From Candidatus Parvarchaeota archaeon (GTDB lineage: Archaea; Nanobdellota; Nanobdellia; WJKC01): a stretch of DNA of 52,015 nucleotides. Where the stretch lies: assembly GCA_030615175.1 (NCBI GenBank), contig JAUWZX010000001.1, forward strand, positions 408,029-460,043, given 5' to 3'. The notes under the pieces were generated by a model, which worked only from the letters and a program-made list of their open reading frames with translations, made no database searches and was not told the DNA's origin. Shown here in pieces: positions 33,124 through 43,265 of this stretch (the stretch's first letter is position 1; the number at the start of each line of letters is the position of its first letter). Made by a program: the position numbers and the translations under genes.

Positions 33124-34531
33124 GCCTAAGACAATAATAGGGCTTGAAACTCATGTGCAATTAAATACTAATACTAAATTATTCTGTAACTGCCCGACCA
33201 CTGGCCTTGATAAGCCTAATACCAGGGTGTGTGATGTGTGCCTTGGATTCCCTGGAACCAAGCCGCGCTTTAATAGAATGGTTCTTGAGAAGGCAGTTGC
33301 AGTGGCTTTAGCGCTTAACTGCAAGTTTAATAAGTTAATGCCTTGGGCTCGTAAGTCATACTTTTATCCTGACATGAGCAAGAATTATCAGATAACCCAG
33401 TATGATGTGCCGCTTGCTTATAATGGTTACTTGATGCTTGACTTTGAAGGCAGGAAGAAGAGGATTAGGATTAGAAGAGTTCACATTGAGGAGGATCCTG
33501 CAAGGATTATTCATGTTGGAGGGAGCATAATGAAGGCTGATTACGTGCAAGTTGATTATAACCGGAGCGGCATTCCTTTAATTGAAGTAGTGACTGAGCC
33601 TGACTTAAGCAGTCCTGCAGAGGCAAGAGCTTACTTGAATAAGTTAATCAGTATTCTTGAGCACTTAGGCGTTTATGATGCTGCTAATTTTGTTCTTAGG
33701 AGTGATGGCAACGTCAATGTTGCCGGCACTAAACGGGCAGAAGTGAAGAATATTTCAGGAGTTAAGACTGTTGAGAAGGCAATGGCTTATGAAGTCACGC
33801 GTCATAGGAATCTGTTAAGGCGCGGCGCAGCACTTAAGCAGGAGACAAGGCATTATAATCCTAAGACAGGGCTTACTCATTCATTGCGTGTTAAGGAGAC
33901 GGAGGAGGAGTATGGTTACATAATTGACCCTGATCTTTCATGGATTAAACTGAGTAATGAGTTAATAAGCAGGGTCAGGAAGTCACTGCCCGAACTCCCT
34001 GACGAGCGCGCTAAGCGTTTCATTAAGGATTACAAGCTTAACGTGGAGCAGGCAGGTACTTTAATTAATGATAAATCATTGGCTGATTTCTTTGAAGAGT
34101 GCTTGAAAAAGCATAATCCTTTATTAATTGCTAAGTGGATTGTGACTGAGTTAATGAAGTCATTGAATTATCATTCAATTAGTCTGCGAGAGTCAGGCGT
34201 GACTGTTAAAGGATTTCTTGAATTATTCAGTTTAATGGATGATGGAATAATAACTTCCAGGATGGCTAAGGAATTAGTTAAGGATTATGTTGACTTGAAG
34301 AAGACTCCTAAGCAGTTAGTCAGGGCTAAGGGTTTGAAGCGGATTAGCAGGGCTGAGGATTTATTAAGCACTATTAAGAAAGTAATTAAGAACAACTCTT
34401 CTGCAGTTCGTGATTACAAGTCTGGTCAGGGGAGAGCACTTCACTTCCTTATTGGTCAGGTAATGAAGGAGACTGGAGGGCAGGCAGAACCTGGCAAGGT
34501 GCGTGAGTTAATTAAAAAGTCTCTAAAATAG
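33116..34531 (+). CDS. gatB: Amidotransferase subunit B
   Basis: IGLETHVQL, YFYPDMSKNYQITQY and DYNRSGIPLIE. Confidence 0.97.
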   Translation: MAEPKTIIGLETHVQLNTNTKLFCNCPTTGLDKPNTRVCDVCLGFPGTKPRFNRMVLEKAVAVALALNCKFNKLMPWARKSYFYPDMSKNYQITQYDVPLAYNGYLMLDFEGRKKRIRIRRVHIEEDPARIIHVGGSIMKADYVQVDYNRSGIPLIEVVTEPDLSSPAEARAYLNKLISILEHLGVYDAANFVLRSDGNVNVAGTKRAEVKNISGVKTVEKAMAYEVTRHRNLLRRGAALKQETRHYNPKTGLTHSLRVKETEEEYGYIIDPDLSWIKLSNELISRVRKSLPELPDERAKRFIKDYKLNVEQAGTLINDKSLADFFEECLKKHNPLLIAKWIVTELMKSLNYHSISLRESGVTVKGFLELFSLMDDGIITSRMAKELVKDYVDLKKTPKQLVRAKGLKRISRAEDLLSTIKKVIKNNSSAVRDYKSGQGRALHFLIGQVMKETGGQAEPGKVRELIKKSLK

Positions 34532-34535
34532 AAAA

Positions 34536-35165
34536 TTAGAATTCAGGTTCAGGTTCCTTGTGTATGTGTTTTATTGCCTTGGCGAATGAGCCTTCCCTGT
34601 AACCTAAGTTAATTAATTCCTCTGAAGTCATTTCAGCAAGGGTTTTATTACTGCCTTTGGGCTTGAATATAGCGTTATACCAGCCGCCCCACTCTTCTTC
34701 TTCAGGGCTTACCCATAGCGGTCCCTTAATCCACCGTTCTTTATGAGTTATCTCACCTTTTATTTTATGCTTGAATTTCTTAATCTTGCCTTTCTCATTA
34801 ATGAAGACGCAGACGCTTTCCAATTCCGCCTTCCTGTTCTTCATGCCTTCCATCATTGTAAGCAATGCCTTCCTGCCTTCCTTCTTAACGAATTCAATGC
34901 TCTTCAAGCCAGGGAAGCCGTTTAATGCTTTAACTTTGAGGAATGTTTCTTCAGTAACTATTGGTCTTTTAATCTTGCCGTAAATTAGTTTAGCCCCTCT
35001 TAACGCGACGTCTACAGGAGCTTCACCAAGCTTTTCATATTTGGCTAGTGCGCCGAATATGTCTCTTGCTGGCACAATTCTTAAAGGCAGTTTTAAGTAA
35101 TCTGCAACGAATTGCATCTGGTTTAATTTAAACTTATTCCCCGTCGCCAATAACACGCGTTTCAT
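34536..35165 (-). CDS. Divergent HAM1/ITPase-fold protein
   Basis: ATGNKFK, ALNGFPG and TLAEM present, but several catalytic motifs are altered. Confidence 0.8.
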   Translation of the reverse strand: MKRVLLATGNKFKLNQMQFVADYLKLPLRIVPARDIFGALAKYEKLGEAPVDVALRGAKLIYGKIKRPIVTEETFLKVKALNGFPGLKSIEFVKKEGRKALLTMMEGMKNRKAELESVCVFINEKGKIKKFKHKIKGEITHKERWIKGPLWVSPEEEEWGGWYNAIFKPKGSNKTLAEMTSEELINLGYREGSFAKAIKHIHKEPEPEF

Positions 35166-36214
35166 ATTTCATACCTTAATAACAAGGCGATGCCGCCCAT
35201 CTTATGGAATCTTTCGCCCAGTTCGTGAGTTCCGCTTATGAACCCAATCTTTGTATTACTTTGCTCTGCTTTATGTAATACGTCTTCAATTTTTTTAAAT
35301 TCTTTCTTTTCCTTGTATTCTTTTATTAATTCCTCGCTTAATAGGAGCACTTCACCAGCCCCGCTTTCTAATGCCTGATTAACATCTTGATAGCCATACT
35401 TTATAAGTTTTTCTTTTTTTAATCGCAGGAAGAATTCCATTATAAGTTCGGTTTCCTTAATAAGCCTTGATTCTTTTCTAATGCTTTTAATTGCGCCGCC
35501 TTTTATTAATTCATTAATCCCTGACTTTGAAGCAGTGCTTGCTTTTTTAAAATAAGATTTCTTAAGTATTTCTGAATGTTCTTGCTTTATTAATTCCTTT
35601 AAGTCCTCTGATGCGAATCCAGGTCCAGCGAATACTATTAACTCTGCATTATTTTCCTTGAATAAGTTAATTGATTCCTTAATTGTTTTCTTATAGAAAT
35701 TGATTAGTTCCTTATCATAATTTGGCATGTCTTTTCTTGGAAGCCTGCTTGACTCACTGCTTATATGCTTGACTCTTAAGCCTTTCAGTACTGCGTGATA
35801 GTTTTCTCTTGAGTCCGTTAAAGTAATGATGATTGCTTTCTGTTTTGGTTGAACGTTTTTCTTAATAATTGACTTGTCATAAGCACTCCATTTATCTTTT
35901 ACTAATTTTAATCTGCTTCCCTGCTTTAGGCTTATTGAGTGGTGACTTCCTTTTGCAACATCTTCAGGTCCTTTAATAATTACTCCTAATAATCTAAGCT
36001 CGCTGCCATTCCATTCAGTTTTCTTCACCCTTATTTTTAAAGTCATTGGCTTCCTTCTCCCTTCCTTCGCATTCTGTTTCTTAACAAGCCTTGTAGTTCT
36101 TGATGTAATAATGTCATTTGGATTAATTAGTTGATACAAAGCCCATAAGTCTTCATTATCAGTTATTAATAATTTCGCAAACCCTTTTTTATAATCTTTA
36201 TTAATTAGTTTCAT
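35162..36214 (-). CDS. pelA: mRNA surveillance protein Pelota
   Basis: EDLWAL, LRLLGVI, GSHHS, AGPGF and GGIALLLRY. Confidence 0.95.
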   Translation of the reverse strand: MKLINKDYKKGFAKLLITDNEDLWALYQLINPNDIITSRTTRLVKKQNAKEGRRKPMTLKIRVKKTEWNGSELRLLGVIIKGPEDVAKGSHHSISLKQGSRLKLVKDKWSAYDKSIIKKNVQPKQKAIIITLTDSRENYHAVLKGLRVKHISSESSRLPRKDMPNYDKELINFYKKTIKESINLFKENNAELIVFAGPGFASEDLKELIKQEHSEILKKSYFKKASTASKSGINELIKGGAIKSIRKESRLIKETELIMEFFLRLKKEKLIKYGYQDVNQALESGAGEVLLLSEELIKEYKEKKEFKKIEDVLHKAEQSNTKIGFISGTHELGERFHKMGGIALLLRYEI

Positions 36215-36258
36215 TAAAACCTATTTAAGCATTGTTGGGTTAATAATCTTATTATTCT

Positions 36259-37194
36259 TTACTTAAGCACTTCAATTCCATCAATCTTGCCGTCACTATC
36301 AAAGTCAAATCCTTTAATAACTCTTATGAAAGGTATTTCAGTGTTATCATTTAGTATTTCATTAAATTGTTTAGTGAGTCCAATAACGCAGGCTTTAGTG
36401 CCAATCACTCTTAAGCCTGCAAGTATGATTATTACTTTTTCATGGTTAAAAGGGTTCTTAATCTTTGCGATAAGCCCGCATGCGTCATCATTAAATGTGC
36501 TGCCATTAATGTCAAGGCTTGTCCAGTAATTTTCTTTTTTAAAACTTATTGAGAATTTTTCATTAATTTCAAAAATCTTTGCAGTTATTAAATTAGTGCC
36601 TGGACCGCCGATTAGTATTAAGTTTTCATTAAGTCTTTTCTCATTAATGATGTCCGTGTCAAGTCTTATATTGAATTCATCGCTTAATTCAACAAAGTGT
36701 CCTAGGAACATGCTTAAGTATGCTGAGTAATGACCGTCTCTTGAAGTAGTCTTGTTAGGGCCGTGCGGTAATGGGTTTCCGACAACTATTAATCCATTAA
36801 ATTGTTCTCCTAAGAATTCCTTGAAAAATGACTGAATCTTGGGGTTGTCCTTTAATTTTTCGAACCCGCTGAGTTTCACTGGCTTGGTTTCAAATTCTAA
36901 GGCAAAGGCATGGCTTGATAAGCCGTAATACCTTGCTAGAGCGCCTTTAATCTCCTTTTCCTTAACAATCTTGATTAATTTAGCCTTCCTTAACTTCTTA
37001 ATATGGTAGTAAATCTTCTGCTCGTGAATTCCGAGTTTCTTGGCAATTAAGTTAGGATAACTTGGCTCCTTGTTAATTAGTTTTAATATTTTAAGCCTTA
37101 TTGGATGTGATATTGCTTTAAAGCCTTCAGGTCCCAGGATTTTAACTTCTTTACCGTAAACTCCTTTCCTTGTTTTTTCAACAATGTATTTCAT
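36259..37194 (-). CDS. ArsR-like HTH regulator with a C-terminal domain
   Basis: HPIRLKIL...HEQKIYYHIKKL; C-terminal NLILIGGPGTN; divergent from the amino-sugar genes. Confidence 0.8.
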   Translation of the reverse strand: MKYIVEKTRKGVYGKEVKILGPEGFKAISHPIRLKILKLINKEPSYPNLIAKKLGIHEQKIYYHIKKLRKAKLIKIVKEKEIKGALARYYGLSSHAFALEFETKPVKLSGFEKLKDNPKIQSFFKEFLGEQFNGLIVVGNPLPHGPNKTTSRDGHYSAYLSMFLGHFVELSDEFNIRLDTDIINEKRLNENLILIGGPGTNLITAKIFEINEKFSISFKKENYWTSLDINGSTFNDDACGLIAKIKNPFNHEKVIIILAGLRVIGTKACVIGLTKQFNEILNDNTEIPFIRVIKGFDFDSDGKIDGIEVLK

Positions 37195-37337
37195 AAGTAA
37201 TTTAAAAGAAAAAACCATTATAAAAAACTTGTTATTAGTTTTATCCTTTTTTATAAATACTATTATAAAATTATTCATAATGGTTTTGCTGTTTTTTCAA
37301 AAATCATTTTTAATAACGAATTACTTTGTCATTAATC

Positions 37338-37991
37338 ATGAAGGAATTGTTTGATTTGAGTAAGTTCAGGTTCCCTGAATTGTTAGGTGATAACTTATTG
37401 TTTCATGATAGGTTGTCCAGGTTGCTTGCGAAGTTAAGGCGCCATGAATCTTCAATTTTTGTGCGCTTTAAGGAGTCAGGTAAGACCGTGAGTTTTAACG
37501 GCATTACTTTCTACTTGAATGGTGAGTTATTCCTTGGGGAGAATGTTAAGATTAAGCCTGGATGCGTTTTTGAAGGCACGGCATTCATTGATGATAATAG
37601 TGTTATTGGACCATTTGCTTATTTCAGAGGTGAGAATGTTATTGGTAAGAATTGTGGTATTGGACGTAGCGAGGTGAAGTCTAGTTTAATAATGGATGGC
37701 GTTAAGATTCATCATAACTCTTATATTGGGGATTCAATACTTGGCAACCGAGTTAATATTGCTGCTGGATTCGTTGCTGCTAACTTAAGGTTTGATGATG
37801 AGACTGTGAATTTGTATTATCGTGGCAGGAATGACTTTAAATTCATTTGTGATTCTAAGAGAAGGAAGTTTGGTGCAGTGATTGGTGATGATTGTAAAAC
37901 AATGGTGAACACGTATACAATGCCTGGATGGGTTTACCCTAAGGGTTCGGTGATTGCTTATGACATTAATAGAATCATTCAAAAGTTATGA
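37338..37991 (+). CDS. Hexapeptide-repeat acetyltransferase (stand-alone GlmU C-terminal domain)
   Basis: IGPFAYFR, EVKSS, HNSYIGDSILG, ANLRFD and RRKFGAVIGD. Confidence 0.85.
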   Translation: MKELFDLSKFRFPELLGDNLLFHDRLSRLLAKLRRHESSIFVRFKESGKTVSFNGITFYLNGELFLGENVKIKPGCVFEGTAFIDDNSVIGPFAYFRGENVIGKNCGIGRSEVKSSLIMDGVKIHHNSYIGDSILGNRVNIAAGFVAANLRFDDETVNLYYRGRNDFKFICDSKRRKFGAVIGDDCKTMVNTYTMPGWVYPKGSVIAYDINRIIQKL

Positions 37992-39207
37992 CGTTAGGGG
38001 TGTTGGATTAAGTTTTGAGGACGCGGTTAGGCTTGGCAAAGCTTTCGCTAGACTGTACGGTAACGTGGTTTTAGGCAGGGATAATAAGAAGAGTTCTTAT
38101 TCATTGAGCAGGGGCTTCATTAAGGGAGTTTTATCGCAGGGCATGAATGTGTATGATTTAGGTAAAGTGCCTACTGACCTTGTTTCTTTTGCTTCTAAGC
38201 ATTACGGTTTGTGTTCATGCATGATTACTGCTTCTCATTTAGGTTATGAGTATGACGGGTTCAAGTTTAATTACGTTACTGGCGCGAGCTTTATGAGTGA
38301 GGATTTGAATAATCTTCGTGATGCAATTCTTATTGATTATAATGATTCTGGCAGTGGCGTGTGCTTTGAGAAGGATTTAAGACCTGATTACTTTAATTCA
38401 ATGAAGAATTGTTATCATAATTTTTTTGATTATGATTTAAAGGGATTAAGAATAGTTCTTGACTTAAAGGGCGGTGTTTCAATGGCTCCTGAATTATTAA
38501 GTATGCTTAATGCTGATATTATTTCAGTAATTAATTCTAATGGTCCTGATCCTAAAGAAAGTAATTTAAAGGAATTATCATCAGAAGTAGTGAGGCGAGG
38601 AGTTCATTTAGGCATTGCATTTGATTGTGATGCTGACCGGGCTGTCTTTGTTGATGATAAAGGCAGAAAGGTTAATGGTAATCACATTACATGCTTGCTC
38701 GCAAAACGTTATGGAAGCCCTGTAATCGCCAGTATTGATGCTTCTTCAATTATTGAAGGTTTTGCTGAAATCATTTATTCACGTGTCGGTGACCCTAATG
38801 TTCTGGATGCTTTAATTAATACTAATGGAGTGCTTGGAGTTGAGCCTCCTTCAGGTCATTATACTGACCCTAATCACGCTTTATGCAGCAGCGGCGCCTT
38901 GTTTTCTTCAATAATTGCTGGCTTAATTAAGGATGAAAGTCTTAGTTCATTAGTGAGTGAACTGCCTGAAGTCAGGCTTTATGAAACTGCTTTTGAAGCT
39001 GATGATGATAAAAAGGAGTTTTATATGAAGATTGCTATGAATTTAACGAGTATTTATGGATTAATCTCTGATATTGATGGCTTTAAATTTTATTATAAAG
39101 GCATGCCAGCAGGCGCTCGCGGGTCAGGCACTTCTGATAAATTCAGGTTGTGGATTGAGACTGATAATAAGGATTTAATTAATGAATTCATTGGTGAATT
39201 TAAGTGA
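37954..39207 (+). CDS. Phosphohexomutase (GlmM/PMM family)
   Basis: FKSYDVRG, MITASH, FDCDADR and RGSGT. Confidence 0.92.
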   Translation: MLMTLIESFKSYDVRGVGLSFEDAVRLGKAFARLYGNVVLGRDNKKSSYSLSRGFIKGVLSQGMNVYDLGKVPTDLVSFASKHYGLCSCMITASHLGYEYDGFKFNYVTGASFMSEDLNNLRDAILIDYNDSGSGVCFEKDLRPDYFNSMKNCYHNFFDYDLKGLRIVLDLKGGVSMAPELLSMLNADIISVINSNGPDPKESNLKELSSEVVRRGVHLGIAFDCDADRAVFVDDKGRKVNGNHITCLLAKRYGSPVIASIDASSIIEGFAEIIYSRVGDPNVLDALINTNGVLGVEPPSGHYTDPNHALCSSGALFSSIIAGLIKDESLSSLVSELPEVRLYETAFEADDDKKEFYMKIAMNLTSIYGLISDIDGFKFYYKGMPAGARGSGTSDKFRLWIETDNKDLINEFIGEFK

Positions 39208-39887
39208 AGGCTGTTGTGCTTGCTGCAGGCAAGGGTAATCGGATGGGTATTTTAAGCAAGGACATGCCTAAAGTCATGATTAAGTTAAGAGGCAAGCCAG
39301 TGCTTGAATGGGTTTTACAAAGTCTTGTCGGAAGGTTTTCTGAAGTCATTATTGTTGTTGGTTATAAGAAAGAAGTTGTTATGGATTACTTTAAGAATGA
39401 TTTTAAAGGACTTAAAATTCATTACGTTGTTCAGGATGAGCAGTTAGGCACTGCTCATGCTGTTGGCCTTGTTGAAGGATTCATTAGTGACAGGTTCCTG
39501 CTTGTTTACGGTGACTTGTATTATAATCCTGTAGTCATTAATGAATTATTAAGTAATCCGTGCGCTGGCGTAATGACTGTTAAGAAGGTTAGTAATCCTG
39601 AGGATTATGGTGTTGTTGAGTTGCGTAATTCTCGTGTTTTAAGGATTCTTGAGAAGGTTAGTAATCCTCCTTCTAATCTCGTTAATGCAGGTATTTACTT
39701 ATTGCCTGTTGAAGTTTTTCATGCAATTAAGCTTACCCGGCTTTCTTCCAGAGGCGAGTATGAGTTAACGGATAGCATTCAATTACTGATTAATGATGGC
39801 TGGCGTTTCGGTGTTGTAGGAATTGATGACTGGTTTGATGTTGGCACTGAGAACAGGTTCATGCAGGCTTCTGAATTAAGTTTTTAA
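39204..39887 (+). CDS. Sugar-1-phosphate nucleotidyltransferase (stand-alone GlmU N-terminal domain)
   Basis: LAAGKGNRM...PK, QLGTAHA, EKVSNP and SSRGEYELTD. Confidence 0.92.
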   Translation: MKAVVLAAGKGNRMGILSKDMPKVMIKLRGKPVLEWVLQSLVGRFSEVIIVVGYKKEVVMDYFKNDFKGLKIHYVVQDEQLGTAHAVGLVEGFISDRFLLVYGDLYYNPVVINELLSNPCAGVMTVKKVSNPEDYGVVELRNSRVLRILEKVSNPPSNLVNAGIYLLPVEVFHAIKLTRLSSRGEYELTDSIQLLINDGWRFGVVGIDDWFDVGTENRFMQASELSF

Positions 39888-40119
39888 TTGCCTGCCTCAT
39901 GCACTTGCTGCAGTAGTGCCCTCCATATGGTCTGTTAATTGTTTTCTCACTCTTGCTTAATCTTCTTGCATTCCTTGGTATTCCATGTAATTCATTGCCG
40001 CATTTAGCGCATAAAGCCTTTCCTTTCATCTTGCCTTTAACTCTTTTAACCGTCCTGCCTCCAGGCAAGCGCTTGAATTTCCTCTGCCTCTTCGTCGTCC
40101 GGTCACTGGGTTTTGGCAT
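39859..40119 (-). CDS. rpl34e: 50S ribosomal protein L34e
   Basis: RLPGG, CAKC and RPYGGHYCSKC. Confidence 0.95.
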   Translation of the reverse strand: MPKPSDRTTKRQRKFKRLPGGRTVKRVKGKMKGKALCAKCGNELHGIPRNARRLSKSEKTINRPYGGHYCSKCMRQAIKNLIQKPA

Positions 40120-40552
40120 ACTTGTCTCCTAAACGAGTTATTAGTGGTTTTAAAATCATTGAGAATATTAAACTGAATATTATGTAAGTCCCCAGCCAAC
40201 TGATTGCTGGTCCGAATAATGGCAGGTTTACTGGCAGGTTTATTAAATCACCATATGGCTGGTATGCTGACTGCAGTAGGAAGAACATTATCCATAATGG
40301 TGCTATCGTTATTATCATCGGCTTAAAACTTAGTTTAAACATTTTGCTGTTAATCTTCATCATTTCCTCCTGCAACTTAACTACGCCTTTAGGGTTCTTG
40401 ACTGTCCTTATTTGTCTTTGTATTTCTTTTAACCGTTTCTTATGCTTGCGCGTTGCTCCCTGGTCTATTAATTTATAATTAACTATTTGCGTGGCTAAAC
40501 TAGCCCCTAGTGTTATCAGGATTAATGATATTAAAACCCATGGTTCAGCCAT
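40103..40552 (-). CDS. DUF106 / EMC3-TMCO1 (Oxa1 superfamily) insertase
   Basis: TM, coiled coil, FKPMIIT, WLGTYII; conserved position before L34e. Confidence 0.9.
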   Translation of the reverse strand: MAEPWVLISLILITLGASLATQIVNYKLIDQGATRKHKKRLKEIQRQIRTVKNPKGVVKLQEEMMKINSKMFKLSFKPMIITIAPLWIMFFLLQSAYQPYGDLINLPVNLPLFGPAISWLGTYIIFSLIFSMILKPLITRLGDKYAKTQ

Positions 40553-40593
40553 GTGGTTTGAATAATTAGAAAGGGTTTTTAAATGTTATGGAT

Positions 40594-41325
40594 TTACTTT
40601 CCACGCCGTCTGTTCCTTCTGGAGTACTCAATTAAGTCTTGAATAAGCATTTCATTTGTATATTCAGGCCAGTACTTGTCTCTGAATATGAATTCAGCGT
40701 AACTCGCGTCCCATACTAGGAATCCTGATATCCTCGCCCCGTCCTTCATTCCTGTTCGAATAATTAAGTCTAATTCAGGTGAATCCTTTGTGTATAAATG
40801 CTTCTTTATTGTTTCCCTGTTCAGGTCATTGCTTGTTAATCCTTTGTTAATCATTGTCTTTACCGCGTCAACTATTTCGTCCTGCCCGTCGTAAGCAATG
40901 CATAAGTTAAGAGTGAGTTTATCATAGTCTTTTGTTAATTCTTGTGTTTGCCTTATTTCTTCTTGCAATTCTTCTGACAGTAAGTGTGTTCTTCCTATAA
41001 TATTTATTTTAACTTCATCTTCTTTTAAGGTCTTATCCTCTCTTAACTCTTTTAATCCTTTCTTTAATAGTTTGAGTAAGTGTTTGACTTCACCTTCCTT
41101 CCGTTTAAGATTCTCCATTGACAGGCAGTAAATGCTTAAGAATTTAATTCCTGTTTTGAATGTGAACTTAATTATTTTTTTTAATATATCAAATCCTTTT
41201 TCATGACCGTTAAATGCGTTTAAAATATGCTTTTTTGCCCATCGCCTGTTTCCGTCAATAATTATTCCTACATGTAATGGTAATTTAATGCCTTCAAGTT
41301 TTTTAAGCAGTTCATCATCATTCAT
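40594..41325 (-). CDS. uppS: cis-Polyprenyl diphosphate synthase
   Basis: HVGIIIDGNRRWA, SMENLKR, AYDGQDEI, IIRTG and RISGF. Confidence 0.95.
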   Translation of the reverse strand: MNDDELLKKLEGIKLPLHVGIIIDGNRRWAKKHILNAFNGHEKGFDILKKIIKFTFKTGIKFLSIYCLSMENLKRKEGEVKHLLKLLKKGLKELREDKTLKEDEVKINIIGRTHLLSEELQEEIRQTQELTKDYDKLTLNLCIAYDGQDEIVDAVKTMINKGLTSNDLNRETIKKHLYTKDSPELDLIIRTGMKDGARISGFLVWDASYAEFIFRDKYWPEYTNEMLIQDLIEYSRRNRRRGK

Positions 41326-41412
41326 TCTTATAATTCTTAATGAAATAATTGCTTTTTAAACTTTACTTTATTGGATAAATTTATATATTAGTTTTGACAG
41401 GTTCTTCTTTAA

Positions 41413-41874
41413 ATGACTGAGAAATTATTGAGTGTTCCGTTCGTGAAGCAGAAGCCTAGTTACTGCGGTCCGGCAACGTTAGCAATGGTTTTGCAGTACC
41501 ATGGTCATAATATTAGTCAGGATTATCTTGCAGAAAGAATTTCTTGTGTTGAATTTTTCGGGTCCACGATAAGTGAATTAAAGGATTGTGCAGTTAATGA
41601 AGGTTTTAAGGCGTTTTCAAATGAAAGTGATTTGAATGAATTAGTTTCATTTATTAATAAAGGCTGCCCTGTGATTGTTGCTCAGTACAGGAGTCTTACT
41701 GATAAGAGCATTCATTATAGAGTTGTTGTTGGATATGATTCTGATAGAGAACAAGTAATTTATCATGACTCTGAAATTAGTAATGGTGATTACTTAAGGG
41801 TTCCTCAATGGTTATTCTTAAGGGTTTGGCATGCCAATGAGTTCAGTAATCCTGCAGTAATAGTCTTGCCTTAA
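41413..41874 (+). CDS. Peptidase C39-like protein
   Basis: QKPSYCGPATLAMVL and HYRVVVGYD...YHD catalytic residues. Confidence 0.88.
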   Translation: MTEKLLSVPFVKQKPSYCGPATLAMVLQYHGHNISQDYLAERISCVEFFGSTISELKDCAVNEGFKAFSNESDLNELVSFINKGCPVIVAQYRSLTDKSIHYRVVVGYDSDREQVIYHDSEISNGDYLRVPQWLFLRVWHANEFSNPAVIVLP

Positions 41875-41875
41875 A

Positions 41876-43264
41876 TTATTTCTTTAATATTTTCTTTAAT
41901 CCTTCCGGCAGTTCATCGTAATGCTTTCTATAAACTTCTTCGTATAATTGGTAGATAATCATGACTGTTAATAGTATTCCTGTTCCTCTGCTTAATGCTC
42001 CGAGTAAGTCAGCAAGGACTGCGAGGGCGCCTACTGTTGCGCCGCCAAGAATTGTTAAAGGCATTATGTAGCGGTTAAGCAAGCGCTCGAAAATTCGTTT
42101 ATCAGCGCGGAATCCGGGTATTCTCAGGCCAGAGGAGAGTATTTGGTCAGCAACATCGCCAGCACTTTGACCGCCAACATTAATCCATAAAATACTGAAT
42201 AATATTGCACCAATAATCATGAATAATGAGTAGACAATAATGCTGGTGGAGTATTCAGGCAGTAATCCTTGAGTCACTATGTCGCGTAATTCAGGAGGAT
42301 TCAAGTACTTGACTAAGCCGTCCTTAGGCACTTCTTGTAATTGTCCTCCAACATTGATTTGCTCGTAAGTTCCTAGTATGGGTATTCCCATGCGGAATAA
42401 GCTTAAGCCCCAGAACTGCATGCTTGCGATTAGGGCTGCAGTGAAGATTACTGGCATGTTGGAAGTGTAAACGAATTTTAGAGGCCACCTGAATGAGAAT
42501 CCTCTGAACCTGCCGAAGCTTAGAGGTATTTCAACCTTGACTGCTTGAATGTAAACGCTTAATATGAATACTACGACAGTGGCTATTACTGCAATGATTG
42601 GCCATAGAGCTGCTTGCGGTATTCCTTGAAGAGCTAATTGAATGCTTTTAATTAATGAACCACTACTTAGTGTTGGATTCACTGGGTCAGGTAAAGGGTT
42701 TAATGCGTTAATGAATACCTGCCTGCAAACGCCTGCAGCAATGAATAAGCTAATGCCTGAGCCAATACCCCATTTACTTACTACTTCATCAAGGAACATT
42801 ACTAGTAATCCTCCAACGATTAATTGAATGATTATAATCCATATGAATTCAGGGCTTGCTGCTGGCAGGGCGCCTGACATTACGTATAAAGCGTTCTCTC
42901 CGATAATGAATATTATGCTTAGTAATTTTTGCAGTCCTTGGAAAGTTTTGCGTCCTTTGTGAGTTTTAATGTCAATTTTCAGTACGTCAGCGCCAACCAG
43001 TAATTGAAGTATGATGCTTGCAGTAACTATTGGTCCAATGCCCAGACTAATGATTGAGCCGAACTGGGCTGCAAGTAAGATGCTTAGCGTTTCAAATCTG
43101 GCCTGGTAGTTAGGGTCTAAGCCGTATAATGGGATTAATGCTAGTATGTAGTAAATAATTAGTGCTGCGCCAGTCCACATTAATTTTTCCTTGAAAGCGA
43201 TTTTCTTTTTAGGGTGCTCAACTTCTGGCAAGTTGTCCAGTACCCTGTCTATGTTAAACTTCAA
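41876..43264 (-). CDS. secY: Preprotein translocase SecY
   Basis: LGIGPIVTASII, WGIGSGISLFI, YTSNMP and IPGFR; TTG start. Confidence 0.97.
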   Translation of the reverse strand: MKFNIDRVLDNLPEVEHPKKKIAFKEKLMWTGAALIIYYILALIPLYGLDPNYQARFETLSILLAAQFGSIISLGIGPIVTASIILQLLVGADVLKIDIKTHKGRKTFQGLQKLLSIIFIIGENALYVMSGALPAASPEFIWIIIIQLIVGGLLVMFLDEVVSKWGIGSGISLFIAAGVCRQVFINALNPLPDPVNPTLSSGSLIKSIQLALQGIPQAALWPIIAVIATVVVFILSVYIQAVKVEIPLSFGRFRGFSFRWPLKFVYTSNMPVIFTAALIASMQFWGLSLFRMGIPILGTYEQINVGGQLQEVPKDGLVKYLNPPELRDIVTQGLLPEYSTSIIVYSLFMIIGAILFSILWINVGGQSAGDVADQILSSGLRIPGFRADKRIFERLLNRYIMPLTILGGATVGALAVLADLLGALSRGTGILLTVMIIYQLYEEVYRKHYDELPEGLKKILKK

Positions 43265-43265
43265 G

